64,000 nt of DNA from Candidatus Thermosaccharophagus tengchongensis (GTDB taxonomy: Bacteria; Armatimonadota; Fervidibacteria; Fervidibacterales; Thermosaccharophagaceae). A program made the translations under genes and the position numbers. This document shows positions 1 to 10,414 of the stretch, in pieces. Within the stretch, counting starts at the first letter, position 1. Each line of letters begins with the position of its first letter. Location of the stretch: the NCBI GenBank assembly GCA_032161105.1, contig JAVHTD010000013.1. One strand, written 5' to 3'. The notes under the pieces are model-generated. The model saw nothing but the letters and a program-made list of their open reading frames with translations. It was not told where the DNA came from and ran no database searches.

Positions 1-179
1 TTGCGAGGGCATATCAAACACCCGAGTGGCAACTCTCCGACCCGCAAGAGCCAAAGAGCAAGTGGTGGCTCACGGACGCGCCATTCGTCGGATTTAGAGT
101 GGCTTGTGATGACGAACACGAGAGGGTAAACACTATGGTGAAACGGCACCTCATCCTCGCCAAAGTGGGCGGCAATTAA
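1..179 (+). CDS. 3' end of a formylglycine-generating enzyme (SUMF1/FGE-sulfatase) family protein, partial
   Basis: Frame starting at nt 3 reads ARAYQTPEWQLSDPQEPKSKWWLTDAPFVGFRVACD...GGN*, with TAA at 177-179. The DPQxPKSxWWLTDAPFVGFR segment resembles FGE-sulfatase C-termini. Confidence 0.7.
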   Translation, partial: ARAYQTPEWQLSDPQEPKSKWWLTDAPFVGFRVACDDEHERVNTMVKRHLILAKVGGN

Positions 180-209
180 TGGCGCATGAAATGCGTTTGG
201 AAAAAGCGC

Positions 210-218
210 TGCTATAAT
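210..218 (+). promoter_or_regulatory. Putative extended -10 promoter (TGcTATAAT) for yceD-rpmF
   Basis: TG-N-TATAAT lies about 55 nt upstream of the yceD ATG. Confidence 0.55.
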
Positions 219-272
219 GTTGTGTGTTAGTTAGCGCCGTTCACCGTGCCCCATCAAAGTTGGTGATGGCTC

Positions 273-806
273 ATGAGACTTGACTTGCGAAGGATAATTC
301 GCCACGCGGGAGCATCCGTCACAAGATCATACCGAGAGGTGATTTACCTTGACAGGGAGGAGGTGAATGTGGAGGTTAGCGGCGATGTCACAGCGCGAAA
401 TGATGGGCGATTGGTGATTGTTCATGGGACGGTCAGTGGAAGTGTCATGCTGCGTTGCAGCAGGTGCCTTAAGCCGACCGAGTGCCATGTGCAAGCCGAA
501 TTTGAAGCTGAGTGTGAGGTCAAAAACTTCTTCGCGATGGCGGAGGGAAACTACGAAGGGCTTGATGAGGAAGTCACATCAATCTTTGATGAGTCAACTG
601 CTGATGTGACAGAACTTGCAAGGCAAGCTTTAATTCTCGCCTTGCCAATGCGACCACTTTGCAGGGCTGATTGCAAAGGCATATGCCCGTATTGCGGTGC
701 TGACTTGAACGAAGGACCGTGCAGCTGCAAACCACCAAAAGACCCAAGATGGGCTAAGCTTGAAGAGCTGCTCACCAAGATGAAGGGAAGAGCAAAATCG
801 CCATAA
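273..806 (+). CDS. yceD: YceD/DUF177 family metal-binding protein
   Basis: CSRCL and PLCRADCKGICPYCGADLN...DPRWAKL motifs; lies directly upstream of rpmF. Confidence 0.92.
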   Translation: MRLDLRRIIRHAGASVTRSYREVIYLDREEVNVEVSGDVTARNDGRLVIVHGTVSGSVMLRCSRCLKPTECHVQAEFEAECEVKNFFAMAEGNYEGLDEEVTSIFDESTADVTELARQALILALPMRPLCRADCKGICPYCGADLNEGPCSCKPPKDPRWAKLEELLTKMKGRAKSP

Positions 807-917
807 GGGCTTACACAGCTGATAACCTGCAGCAGAATGCACAGCTAATCCATGTTGGGGTAACAAACCGCCCCCGTTCAATCAGTTAACTCTTGTGCAA
901 GTTGGAGGGTGAATGAG

Positions 918-1118
918 ATGGCAGTTCCAAAGCGTAAGGTCTCAAGGACAAGGCGCGATAAGCGCAGGACACATTGGAAACTTAAGCCACCCACCTTCTC
1001 CCTATGCCCGCAGTGTCGTAAGCCAGTCCTACCACATCGCGCATGCACATTCTGCGGTTATTACAAGGGCGTGATTGTCCTGCCGAGGGAGAAAAAGGGC
1101 ATGGGCGAGGAGGCATAA
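918..1118 (+). CDS. rpmF: 50S ribosomal protein L32
   Basis: MAVPKRKVSRTRRDKRRTHWKL...CPQC...PHRACTFCGYYKG; SD GGAGG upstream of ATG 918. Confidence 0.97.
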   Translation: MAVPKRKVSRTRRDKRRTHWKLKPPTFSLCPQCRKPVLPHRACTFCGYYKGVIVLPREKKGMGEEA

Positions 1119-1310
1119 GCATCGTGTGAGGCCGGCTTTCCAACCGCTCTCCATACCTGCAACATGCCACAATGAGCTGCACTAATGCAAGTCTAACTTT
1201 TGCCTCCTCAGGGTTGCGTGTGTGCGGTTGCACAAGCCATATTCGTTATTAGCGCCGGTGTTGATTGTCATTTGCTGTGTGCAGATCCTGAACGGCATGA
1301 GGTGAAGCTA

Positions 1311-3737
1311 ATGGGTGCACAGAAGTTGAGTGCGAGTGAAGTGAGAGCCACATGCGACCCAAGTGAACTTGACTTTGAGACAACGGCAGAGCTGCCACCG
1401 CTCAATGAAATCATCGGGCAACCGAGGGCAACTGAAGCGCTGCGCTTTGGCGTTGACATTGACAGCTTCGGTTACAACATCTTCGCGCTCGGACCACCGG
1501 GGACGGGCAAGATGAGCTTCGTCAAGAGTGTGCTTGATGAGGTGGCAAAGAGTAAGCCTGTCCCGGACGACTGGTGCTATGTCTACAACTTCTCAGAGCC
1601 ACATCGCCCAAGGGCACTGAGGTTGCCTGCAGGTATGGGGAATGAGTTCAAGCGCGACATGGAAAAGCTGATTGAGCACTTAAAGCGCGAGATTGGCAGG
1701 GTGTTTGAGAGCGAGGATTATCAACGCCAGCGCCAAGAGGTGATAAATGCCCTTCAAAGGGAACGGGATAAAGTCCTGGCAGAGCTTGAGCGCCGTGCGA
1801 ACGAAATGGGCTTTGCAATAATTGGCACGCCTGCCGGTCCAATGCCTGCACCGCTTTTGGGCAACGCCATAATGACGCCAGAACAGTTCATGCAACTTCC
1901 AGAGCCAATTAAGGAGCGGATTGAGGAAAACAGGCGAGAGCTGCTCAACGAAATACAGACAGTGATGCGCGACTTGGGGAAGCGCGAGCGTGAGGCACGC
2001 CAGCAGCTTGAAGAGTTGGACAGGAAAGTGGCAGTGCTTGCCGTCGGACATGTCATAAGCGACCTGATGGAAAAGTATGCCGCCCATGAACAAGTTGTTG
2101 ATTACCTTCGCCAAGTGCAAGAGGATGTCGTTAACAATGTCAATGCGTTCCGCACCGCAGCTCAACAGGAAACAACACAGACACATCCACTTGCCGCCGC
2201 AATATTTGACCGCTACAAAGTGAATGTGCTCGTTGACAACAGTAGCCTTCAAGGCGCCCCCGTCGTCGTTGAGACGAACCCAACATATTACAACTTGGTT
2301 GGGCGAATTGAATACAGGCTTGAGATGGGCGCATTCATTGCGCACTTCACGATGATAAAGCCGGGCGCATTGCACAGGGCTAATGGCGGTTACCTCATCC
2401 TTGATGCGAAGGCGCTGTTATCAAATCCATTCTCGTGGGATGCGCTCAAGCGGGCGCTCAATGACCGCCAAATACGAATTGAGGAGCCGGGAGAGGCATT
2501 CAGACTGATAAGCATTGCCAGTTTGAGCCCCGAACCAATACCGCTCAATGTCAAAGTTGTGCTTGTTGGCAGCCCTTGGCTTTATTACCTGCTGCAAGCC
2601 TTTGATGAGGACTTCCGAGGATTGTTTAAAGTCAAAGCGGACTTTGATGTCGTCATGGACAAGACGGATGAGAATGTGCGCAAGTATGCCATGTTCATTG
2701 CCTCAAGGTGCGCCGAAGAAAACTTGAAGCCGTTTGATAAGACGGCGGTTGCGAAGGTGATTGAATACAGCTGTCGGCTCGTTTCCGACCAAAGGAAACT
2801 GTCAACGCACTTTGCGAGCATATGTGACATTCTCCGTGAGGCAAACTATTGGGCATCGCGCAACGGACGAGAATTCGTCACCGCAGAGGATGTCAGGATG
2901 GCGATTGAAAGGAGAGTCTATAGGGTCAACCTGATTGAGGAGCGCCTGCTTGAGATGTTCAGGGACGGCACACTGCTCGTTGATGTTGATGGCGAGCGTG
3001 TTGGCACGGTAAACGGGCTTGCCATCGTGGACCTTGGAGACCACATCTTCGGCAAGCCAACACGAATAACGGCGCGCACATTCCTTGGGCGCGGGAGTGT
3101 AATCAACATTGAGCGTGAGGTGGCTATGAGCGGCAGGATACATTCAAAGGCTGTGATGATACTCTCAGGCTACCTTAGGGGCAAGTATGCGCAGGACAAG
3201 CCGCTGGGCATAGGAGCGCAGCTAACATTTGAGCAGTTGTATGACGAGGTTGAGGGTGACAGCGCAAGCGCGGCTGAACTGTATGCGCTTCTGTCAAGCA
3301 TTTCGGGCGTGCCAGTGAAACAGGGCATCGCAGTGACTGGCTCAGTCAACCAGTATGGCGAAATACAGCCAGTTGGCGGCGTCACTTACAAGGTTGAGGG
3401 ATTTTTTGATGTGTGCCGAGTAAAGGGATTGAATGGGCAACAGGGCGTCATCATACCGAAACAAAATGTGCATAACTTGATGCTGCGCGAGGATGTCGTT
3501 GAGGCAATTGAGAAGGGGCTATTTCACATCTGGGCAATAGGCAACATTGATGATGGTGTGAAAGTGCTCATGGGCATTGAAGCTGGCGAGCGACAACCCG
3601 ATGGAACTTATCCAGAGGGCACTTTGCATGCGCTCGTTGAAAAGCGGCTTTCGGAGATGGCAGAGCTAATGCGCAAGTTGCAACAGCCAAGTGATGAAAA
3701 GGATAGAGGTGACAACGACCGTAAAGGCAACCCTTAG
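1311..3737 (+). CDS. Lon-like ATP-dependent protease (AAA_32 plus Lon_C, S16 family)
   Basis: IIGQPRA, Walker A GPPGTGK, PGALHRANGGYL, catalytic GDSAS and KVEG; start set at ATG 1311 after GAGGTG. Confidence 0.92.
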   Translation: MGAQKLSASEVRATCDPSELDFETTAELPPLNEIIGQPRATEALRFGVDIDSFGYNIFALGPPGTGKMSFVKSVLDEVAKSKPVPDDWCYVYNFSEPHRPRALRLPAGMGNEFKRDMEKLIEHLKREIGRVFESEDYQRQRQEVINALQRERDKVLAELERRANEMGFAIIGTPAGPMPAPLLGNAIMTPEQFMQLPEPIKERIEENRRELLNEIQTVMRDLGKREREARQQLEELDRKVAVLAVGHVISDLMEKYAAHEQVVDYLRQVQEDVVNNVNAFRTAAQQETTQTHPLAAAIFDRYKVNVLVDNSSLQGAPVVVETNPTYYNLVGRIEYRLEMGAFIAHFTMIKPGALHRANGGYLILDAKALLSNPFSWDALKRALNDRQIRIEEPGEAFRLISIASLSPEPIPLNVKVVLVGSPWLYYLLQAFDEDFRGLFKVKADFDVVMDKTDENVRKYAMFIASRCAEENLKPFDKTAVAKVIEYSCRLVSDQRKLSTHFASICDILREANYWASRNGREFVTAEDVRMAIERRVYRVNLIEERLLEMFRDGTLLVDVDGERVGTVNGLAIVDLGDHIFGKPTRITARTFLGRGSVINIEREVAMSGRIHSKAVMILSGYLRGKYAQDKPLGIGAQLTFEQLYDEVEGDSASAAELYALLSSISGVPVKQGIAVTGSVNQYGEIQPVGGVTYKVEGFFDVCRVKGLNGQQGVIIPKQNVHNLMLREDVVEAIEKGLFHIWAIGNIDDGVKVLMGIEAGERQPDGTYPEGTLHALVEKRLSEMAELMRKLQQPSDEKDRGDNDRKGNP

Positions 3738-3887
3738 GGGGCGGTTATCGGGCTGCACGCAATCCCTGCGGATTGGCATAACCCTTTGCGTATATCTTGC
3801 GAGTGAGCTATCGCCTGCCCTCGTGTAACCTTTTGTAAAAACCCTTCATTCGGGTGCGGCATACTTAAGCGATTGGGGTGACTGGTG

Positions 3888-4835
3888 ATGTGGAGGGCAG
3901 TCGTGGTCTGTGCCGTGGTTGGCATAATGGTTTTAACGCTGCACGCCAATTCAGCCGCTTGCAACCGGAGTGATTACCACATCGTTCAAAATGGGGACAC
4001 CCTTTGGAAGATTGCGAGGGCGCACAATACCACCGTGCAAAGCCTGTGCAAAGCTAATGGGTTGAGCGAACAAAGCATCATTCATCCGGGCGATAAGTTA
4101 ATCATCCCACAAAAATCGCCGAGCGCAACAACTGGGCTGGCGCCAAACCTGCGACCCGGAATGAAGATGCTTGTGCGGGCAACCAATGTCAATGTCCGAT
4201 GTGGACCATCAACATCGTCAAAGCGCATCGGGATGGTTGACAGGGGCGATGTTGGGACGGTGGTTAAAACTTGCGGGCAATGGGTTAAAGCCTCATTTCG
4301 CACAAAGGGGATTACTGGGTGGGTGAAGACGGATTTCATTGAAGCGTGCAAAACAGTTTGTAGTAAGGCACGGAGCGCAGCGGAGTGCCGTCAAAAACAC
4401 CACTCCGCTATCGCAGATCATGCCTCAAGTAAGATGGCAAGCCATGTATCCCATTCCAACATGGGTGAGTTGCTCGCTGCAACAGCCCAACGCTACATCG
4501 GAACACCTTACCGGCGTGCATCAAGCTACCCATCAAGAGGTTTTGACTGTTCTGGCTTCGTCTATTACCTGCTCCTCAGGTTTGGTGTCATAGCCCCTCG
4601 CACTGCGAGCGCAATGTTCGGCATTGGCAAGCCAGTTAAGCGCACGGAGTTGCGCCCCGGGGACTTGGTCTTCTTTAAGACGACATCAAGTGACAGAGTG
4701 ACCCATGTCGGCATATACATCGGCGATGGCAAATTCGTGCATGCATCAAGTGGGGCAGGGAGAGTGACTGTAAGCCCATTAACACACGGCTATTACGCAA
4801 ACCGATATGCAGGCGCAAGGCGAGTCATTGAATGA
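3888..4835 (+). CDS. Secreted LysM + SH3b + NlpC/P60 cell-wall peptidase
   Basis: Signal peptide, LysM (HIVQNGDTLWKIA), SH3b (NVNVRCGPST), NlpC/P60 (GFDCSG, HVGIY, HASS). Confidence 0.92.
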   Translation: MWRAVVVCAVVGIMVLTLHANSAACNRSDYHIVQNGDTLWKIARAHNTTVQSLCKANGLSEQSIIHPGDKLIIPQKSPSATTGLAPNLRPGMKMLVRATNVNVRCGPSTSSKRIGMVDRGDVGTVVKTCGQWVKASFRTKGITGWVKTDFIEACKTVCSKARSAAECRQKHHSAIADHASSKMASHVSHSNMGELLAATAQRYIGTPYRRASSYPSRGFDCSGFVYYLLLRFGVIAPRTASAMFGIGKPVKRTELRPGDLVFFKTTSSDRVTHVGIYIGDGKFVHASSGAGRVTVSPLTHGYYANRYAGARRVIE

Positions 4836-4975
4836 CGATGAAGAGTCACGCCCAAAAGCCCCCTTTGAAAGAGGCATCCACAAAGCGTTACGCCGGCTGC
4901 TTCCTCCACATCCCGGAGAGCTAACCCAAGACGAACATACCCCACAAGCCCCACATTGAATGAGCAAGATGTCGG

Positions 4976-5004
4976 TTTACATTTATGCTCAAGTGCGCTA
5001 TACT
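4976..5004 (+). promoter_or_regulatory. Putative sigma70 promoter of the PMM operon
   Basis: TTTACA-17 nt-TATACT. Confidence 0.6.
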
Positions 5005-5125
5005 AAATGACGCCACTGCAAAAATTGACCCCATTCAGCGCTGCTATAAGCACGAGTTGCAGCAACATCTTCGGGTTAGAGTGGTGCTACGCGGTCGTGA
5101 AGGCATTTGAATGGAGGGGTAAGGT

Positions 5126-6508
5126 ATGCGCGTTGCTGTGGCAAAGCATATTTTCCGCCAGTATGACATCCGCGGTGTTTTTGGTGAGGACTTGAGCGAA
5201 GATGTGGCGAACCTGATTGGGAAGGCATATGGCACATTTGTCAGGCGCAACGGCGCAAGTGATATTGTCGTCGGACACGATAACCGTGCCAGTTCACCTG
5301 CCTTGCATTCGGCGATAATTGATGGATTGCTTTCAACCGGCTGCGATGTGATAGACATCGGTGAAACGCTGACACCGATACTTTACTTTGCACGCCATGC
5401 CTATGGCACCAAAGGCGGTGTGATGATAACCGGCAGTCACAATCCGCCGCAGTATAACGGCTTCAAGCTGTGTTGGGGTGCCGGAACGCTATTTGGCGAG
5501 CAAATCCAACACATCCGTGAGGTTATTGAGGCGGGCGACTTTGAGACTGGCTCAGGGAAGCTCACACAAAGGGACGCCATAAGTGACTACTACGACTGGA
5601 TAGCTGACCACATAAAGCTTGGCGATAGGAAGCTAAAAGTCGTCGTGGATGCCGGCAACGGGACTGCAGGTCCGATAGTCCCACCGCTGCTGCGCAGATT
5701 GGGATGTGAGGTGATTGAGCTCTACTGTGAGTCAGACAACACCTTCCCAAATCATCATCCAGACCCAGTCAAGGAGGAAAACCTTCGTGATTTGATCGCC
5801 AAGGTTGTTGAGAGCAACTCTGATGTTGGGCTGGGGTTTGATGGCGATGGAGATAGGCTTGGTGTAGTTGACGATAAAGGCAGCATCATTTGGGGCGACT
5901 ACTTGCTCATCCTGTTTGCGAGGGAGATTCTGCGCTCGCACCCCGGGGCGAAGATAATCGTTGAGGTGAAGTGTTCACAGGCAACGGTTGAGGAGATAAA
6001 GCGAATTGGCGGCATCCCAATACTCTCACGGACTGGACACTCGTTCATAAAGGACATGCTCCACAAGGAAGGTGCATTGCTTGCCGGCGAAATGAGTGGG
6101 CATATGTTCTTCGCCGATGAGTATTTTGGGTTTGATGATGCAGTCTATGCAGCTTGCAGGCTTTTGCGCATCCTATCAAATGCCCATGAACCACTCTCAC
6201 AACTTCTCTCAGATGTGCCGAGGTATTACTACACACCCGAAGTGAGGGTTCCGTGCTCAGATGATTGGAAGTTCAAAGTGGTTGCGCAAGTTGTGGATGA
6301 CTTCAAGCGCAAATACGAAGTGATAGACATTGACGGTGCAAGGGTCTTGTTTGAGGATGGTTGGGGATTGGTTCGTGCGTCAAATACCGAGCCAATGCTC
6401 ATCTTGAGGGCAGAGGGCAAAACGCCCGAAGCGCTTGAGCGGATAAAAGGCATCATCGCAGAGGAACTCTCAAAGCTGCTCCATATCTCAGCATCGGAGC
6501 TCTGGTAA
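5126..6508 (+). CDS. Phosphomannomutase/phosphoglucomutase (AlgC-like)
   Basis: FRQYDIRG, ITGSHNP, FDGDGDR, GEMSGH and VRASNTEP motifs. Confidence 0.95.
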   Translation: MRVAVAKHIFRQYDIRGVFGEDLSEDVANLIGKAYGTFVRRNGASDIVVGHDNRASSPALHSAIIDGLLSTGCDVIDIGETLTPILYFARHAYGTKGGVMITGSHNPPQYNGFKLCWGAGTLFGEQIQHIREVIEAGDFETGSGKLTQRDAISDYYDWIADHIKLGDRKLKVVVDAGNGTAGPIVPPLLRRLGCEVIELYCESDNTFPNHHPDPVKEENLRDLIAKVVESNSDVGLGFDGDGDRLGVVDDKGSIIWGDYLLILFAREILRSHPGAKIIVEVKCSQATVEEIKRIGGIPILSRTGHSFIKDMLHKEGALLAGEMSGHMFFADEYFGFDDAVYAACRLLRILSNAHEPLSQLLSDVPRYYYTPEVRVPCSDDWKFKVVAQVVDDFKRKYEVIDIDGARVLFEDGWGLVRASNTEPMLILRAEGKTPEALERIKGIIAEELSKLLHISASELW

Positions 6509-6610
6509 GCCCACACATAAAGCCACTTTTACCGACGGATAAACGATTTAGCGGCATCGTCAGGCGCGAAGTGGCAACCGATGATGCTGTGGTGGCTGGA
6601 GGTGATAGAG

Positions 6611-7666
6611 GTGCAAGCGCTGGTTCTCATTGGGGGTTATGGGACTCGCTTGCGCCCGCTCACCTACACCGTTCCTAAGGCAATGGTGCCAATAGCGAAT
6701 GTGCCATTTATTGAGCACATGATGCGCTACTTGAAGTCAAATGGCGTTGAGCATGTTATCCTGACACTTTGCTACTTGCCAGACCAAATCAAAAGATACC
6801 TTGAGCACAACGATTGCGGGATCGCAGTTGACTTCGTTTTTGAGAGTGAGCCGCTTGGCACAGGTGGGGCTGTGAAAAATGCGGAGCACTTGCTTGAAGA
6901 CGAGTTCCTCGTCTTCAACGGAGACATACTCACGACGATTGACCTGAAGAAGCTCGTGAGCTTTCACAGGGAGCACAATGCTTTCGTAACGATTGCCTTA
7001 ACGCCAGTTGACAACCCTTCACTTTACGGCGTTGTCGTGCTTGACAGCGACGGGCGAGTTCAAAAGTTCATTGAAAAGCCGCCAATTGAGCTCGCACCAT
7101 CAAACCTGATAAACGCTGGAATTTATGTCTACCGAAAGGATGTGTTAAGGCACATACCGCCAAAGGTTGAATACTCGGTTGAAAGGCAACTATACCCAAA
7201 GTTACTTGAGTGCGGCGAAAGGCTATTTGCCGTTGCATTCGCAGATGACTACTGGATTGACATAGGGAGCATTGACAAATACATGAGGGCAAACTTTGAC
7301 ATCCTTGATGGCAAACTGCCGACACAAATTCGCGGCAAAGAGGTTTCGCCAAGGCTGTGGGCAGAGGATGGGGCAGAAATTAGCCAGAATGCGAAGATAA
7401 TACCGCCTGCATTGATAGGCGCCAACTCGGTGATTGAGGCTGGGGCGCAAGTTGGTCCTTATGCCATCTTGGGGCGAAATGCGCTCGTTAAATCGGGTGC
7501 CGTAGTTGAACACGCCATAATTTGGGATGGATGTGAGATCGGAAACAACGCGAGGGTTTGCGAGACCGTCCTCGGCTTTAACTGCAAAGTTGAAGATGGC
7601 GCGATAGCGACAATGCCAGTGTATGCATGCAATACAACCATTTGCGCCCAAGTTGCGATGACTTAA
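6611..7666 (+). CDS. NDP-sugar pyrophosphorylase, mannose-1-phosphate guanylyltransferase-like
   Basis: GGYGTRLRPLT, EPLGTGG, FIEKP, WIDIG and C-terminal hexapeptide repeats; GTG start after GGAGGTG. Confidence 0.88.
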   Translation: MQALVLIGGYGTRLRPLTYTVPKAMVPIANVPFIEHMMRYLKSNGVEHVILTLCYLPDQIKRYLEHNDCGIAVDFVFESEPLGTGGAVKNAEHLLEDEFLVFNGDILTTIDLKKLVSFHREHNAFVTIALTPVDNPSLYGVVVLDSDGRVQKFIEKPPIELAPSNLINAGIYVYRKDVLRHIPPKVEYSVERQLYPKLLECGERLFAVAFADDYWIDIGSIDKYMRANFDILDGKLPTQIRGKEVSPRLWAEDGAEISQNAKIIPPALIGANSVIEAGAQVGPYAILGRNALVKSGAVVEHAIIWDGCEIGNNARVCETVLGFNCKVEDGAIATMPVYACNTTICAQVAMT

Positions 7667-7910
7667 ACAAGCTGACACTTTTGTGACAGCTCTGCTTGGC
7701 TGAAGCAAGACGAGGGTAAGTCTGGAGTGTATAGCAACGGCATTGCTGAGTTGAAGGCTTTGTGTCCAGAAGACGCATTATCTGCGCTGGAGGTGAGTGG
7801 TGGCATTGTGATAGCTGTGCGGGCGTGCGGATGTGGTTGCCACCTCCAAGCAACTTTTGGGAAAATTGGATTTTTTGCCAATACTGCAGCTGTGAAGGGA
7901 GGTGGAGACC

Positions 7911-9179
7911 ATGGCTGTTGCGCCCAAGCAGTTTGTTTACAGCGAAGTAGCTCGCAAGTTAAGAACCGCCACTTACCGTGATGGTCTTACGATTGCCTTC
8001 GTTAGCACATACCCACCACAGGAGTGCGGAATAGCCACATACACACAAGACCTCATCCATGCCCTTGAGATGCATGGCTGCATCAAAAGGGCAACAGTTG
8101 TCGCCGTCTCCGATGGTGCGCAAGCTTATGATCACCATGTCAACTTCGTCATCAGGAAGAATAGCCGCAAAGATTACGCATTGGCAGCCGAATTTTTGAA
8201 TGATAGCGATGTTGACATAGTCAACATACAGCACGAATTTGGCATATTCGGCGGTGAAGATGGTGAATTCGTCCTTGAACTTTACAAGGGGCTGAAAAAG
8301 CCGATAGTAACCACCTTGCACACAATCCTATACAATGTGGACAGCTCAAAGCGGCGAATAACGCAGCTCATGGCTCAGCACTCCAAAAAACTCATCGTGA
8401 TGAACAGCATTGCCTTCTGGCTGCTCTCATGGCACTATGGCATTGATGCGGCAAATGTCGCGCTGATCTATCATGGCGCCCCAGACATACCATTTGGGCT
8501 GAAGGAGGAGGCAAAGAGGGAGCTTAATCTTTCGGGAAAAATTGTGCTATCAACATTCGGGTTGATCAACAGGGGCAAGGGAATTGAGTATGCCATCCAA
8601 GCCATGAGCCAAATTGTGAAGCACTATCCGCAGGCAATTTATCTCATCATCGGAAGGACACACCCGAATGTAGTCCGCTACGAGGGAGAATCATATCGCA
8701 TGGAGCTTGAGGAGTTGGTCAGGAAGCTCGGCTTAAGCGAACATGTCAAGTTCGTGAACAAGTATCTGACGAAGGGCGAAATAATACGCTACCTTTGCGC
8801 ATCCGACATATACATTTGCCCATACACTTCGTTGAATCAAATCGTTAGTGGCACACTTGCCTACGCTGTTGCTGCTGGAAAAGCCATAATTTCAACGCCT
8901 TCTCTATATGCCCAAGAAGTGCTGGCTGAAGGCAGAGGATTATTGTGCGAGCCTTGTAATCCAGAGTCAATTAGCGAGAAGGTAATCTACCTTTTGAGCA
9001 ACCCAAGGGAGCTTGAAGCGTTGGAGAGGAGAGCATACCGTTTTGGTCGCCAAATGACATGGCAAGCAGTTGCTTGGGATCACGAGAGGCTTTTCAGAGA
9101 GGTCGTCGCATATTCATACACTCATCAAGCTTATCCATCGCTGAGCGATTCGCTGCACATCAGGGCAGCAAAGTTATGA
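7911..9179 (+). CDS. Glycosyltransferase family 4
   Basis: STYPPQECGIATY, IQHEFGIFGG, KGIEY and SGTLAYAVAAGKAIISTP motifs. Confidence 0.9.
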   Translation: MAVAPKQFVYSEVARKLRTATYRDGLTIAFVSTYPPQECGIATYTQDLIHALEMHGCIKRATVVAVSDGAQAYDHHVNFVIRKNSRKDYALAAEFLNDSDVDIVNIQHEFGIFGGEDGEFVLELYKGLKKPIVTTLHTILYNVDSSKRRITQLMAQHSKKLIVMNSIAFWLLSWHYGIDAANVALIYHGAPDIPFGLKEEAKRELNLSGKIVLSTFGLINRGKGIEYAIQAMSQIVKHYPQAIYLIIGRTHPNVVRYEGESYRMELEELVRKLGLSEHVKFVNKYLTKGEIIRYLCASDIYICPYTSLNQIVSGTLAYAVAAGKAIISTPSLYAQEVLAEGRGLLCEPCNPESISEKVIYLLSNPRELEALERRAYRFGRQMTWQAVAWDHERLFREVVAYSYTHQAYPSLSDSLHIRAAKL

Positions 9180-9293
9180 GGGCGCGCTTTCACGCCACCC
9201 AACGCGCAGAAATTCGCAGCATAACGCCAACGCCCGTTAGCCTACCATCCTCACACCAACCTCGCGAGCCATTGCAAGGTGAGGTGTGAGAGG

Positions 9294-10394
9294 ATGAGTG
9301 AAATGGTCAAGCTAAGCAAAGTGATAAAGTGTCCACGAATTAACATCGCTCACTTGGCATCAATCACCGATGACACAGGTGTGCTTCAGCACACAAAATA
9401 CGGCGTCCCAAATCCAAAGCACGGTTACACCACCGACGATAACGCAAGGGCATTGATCGTTGCGGTAAAGCATCACGAGCTAACGGGTGAGAGTGAATCA
9501 CTGGAGTTAGCGCGCACATACTTGGCATTCCTTCAATGGATGCAGCGTGAGGATGGCTTATTCCACAACGAGGCAAGCTACGATAGACGCATACTTGATG
9601 ATGTCGGTTCACTTGCATGTCAAGGGCGCGCAGTGTGGGCGCTCAGTTGGGTTGCCGTAAGCAAGCTCCCAATTGGGATGCGAATGACCGCCTTTGAAAT
9701 GCTTCAACGAATGCCGCTCAGTTCCATCCCGCTTGATACATCAATCCATGTGCCATCGTTCATCATCTATGGTTTGACTGAGCTGAAGGAGAAGGCTGGT
9801 TCAAACAGCTTGGAAAAGATCGCAATGCAAAGCTCGCATGAGGTGGCGCTTGAAAATGCCATCACAGCGCTCCTTGACCTTTACAGACGAAACTCATCCG
9901 ATGATTGGAAGTGGTTCATTGACGAAATGACTTGGGGCATCGGAGCACCATGTGCTGCGCTATTTAGGGCATACAGGTTGCTTGGCGACGAGCAAATTTT
10001 GCGTGTGGCGATGAGCGCATACGAGTTCATGTGTGGCATTGTCTTTGAGGACGACATCTTTCAGCCCATCGGGTGCAAAGGGTGGTTCAAGAGGGGTGGC
10101 GAGCGAGCTTACTTTGACCAGCAACCAATAGATGCGATGTGGATGTTCCTTTCGGCATACGAGGCATACAGGTGTTTAGAACGCAGGATTGACTTTCACA
10201 GGGCTTCGCTTGCGCTCGGCTGGTTCATTGGATACAATGTTCATGGCATTGAGCTTTACGATGAGCTAACTGGCGCATGCTATGATGGCTTGCACGAATT
10301 TGGCGTCAACATGAATCAAGGCGCTGAGGCGACCATCGCTGCCTTGCTCACATTCATCACTTTCTCCCAGCTCAACATGCGTCAAAATAAATGA
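9294..10394 (+). CDS. GT4-associated alpha-helical glycoside-hydrolase-like protein
   Basis: DDTGVLQH, GYTTDDNARAL, FDQQPID, GACYDGL and NQGAE motifs, a module often fused C-terminally to GT4 enzymes. Confidence 0.75.
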   Translation: MSEMVKLSKVIKCPRINIAHLASITDDTGVLQHTKYGVPNPKHGYTTDDNARALIVAVKHHELTGESESLELARTYLAFLQWMQREDGLFHNEASYDRRILDDVGSLACQGRAVWALSWVAVSKLPIGMRMTAFEMLQRMPLSSIPLDTSIHVPSFIIYGLTELKEKAGSNSLEKIAMQSSHEVALENAITALLDLYRRNSSDDWKWFIDEMTWGIGAPCAALFRAYRLLGDEQILRVAMSAYEFMCGIVFEDDIFQPIGCKGWFKRGGERAYFDQQPIDAMWMFLSAYEAYRCLERRIDFHRASLALGWFIGYNVHGIELYDELTGACYDGLHEFGVNMNQGAEATIAALLTFITFSQLNMRQNK

Positions 10395-10414
10395 CGGGGC
10401 GTTACAAGGGGCAA

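Noticed and set aside
1200..1310. N-terminal extensions in the ORF track (Lon-like from 1200, mrp from 48904, panB from 56218, deacetylase from 37771)
   Set aside because: Downstream starts have better SD sequences and coincide with the start of family homology.
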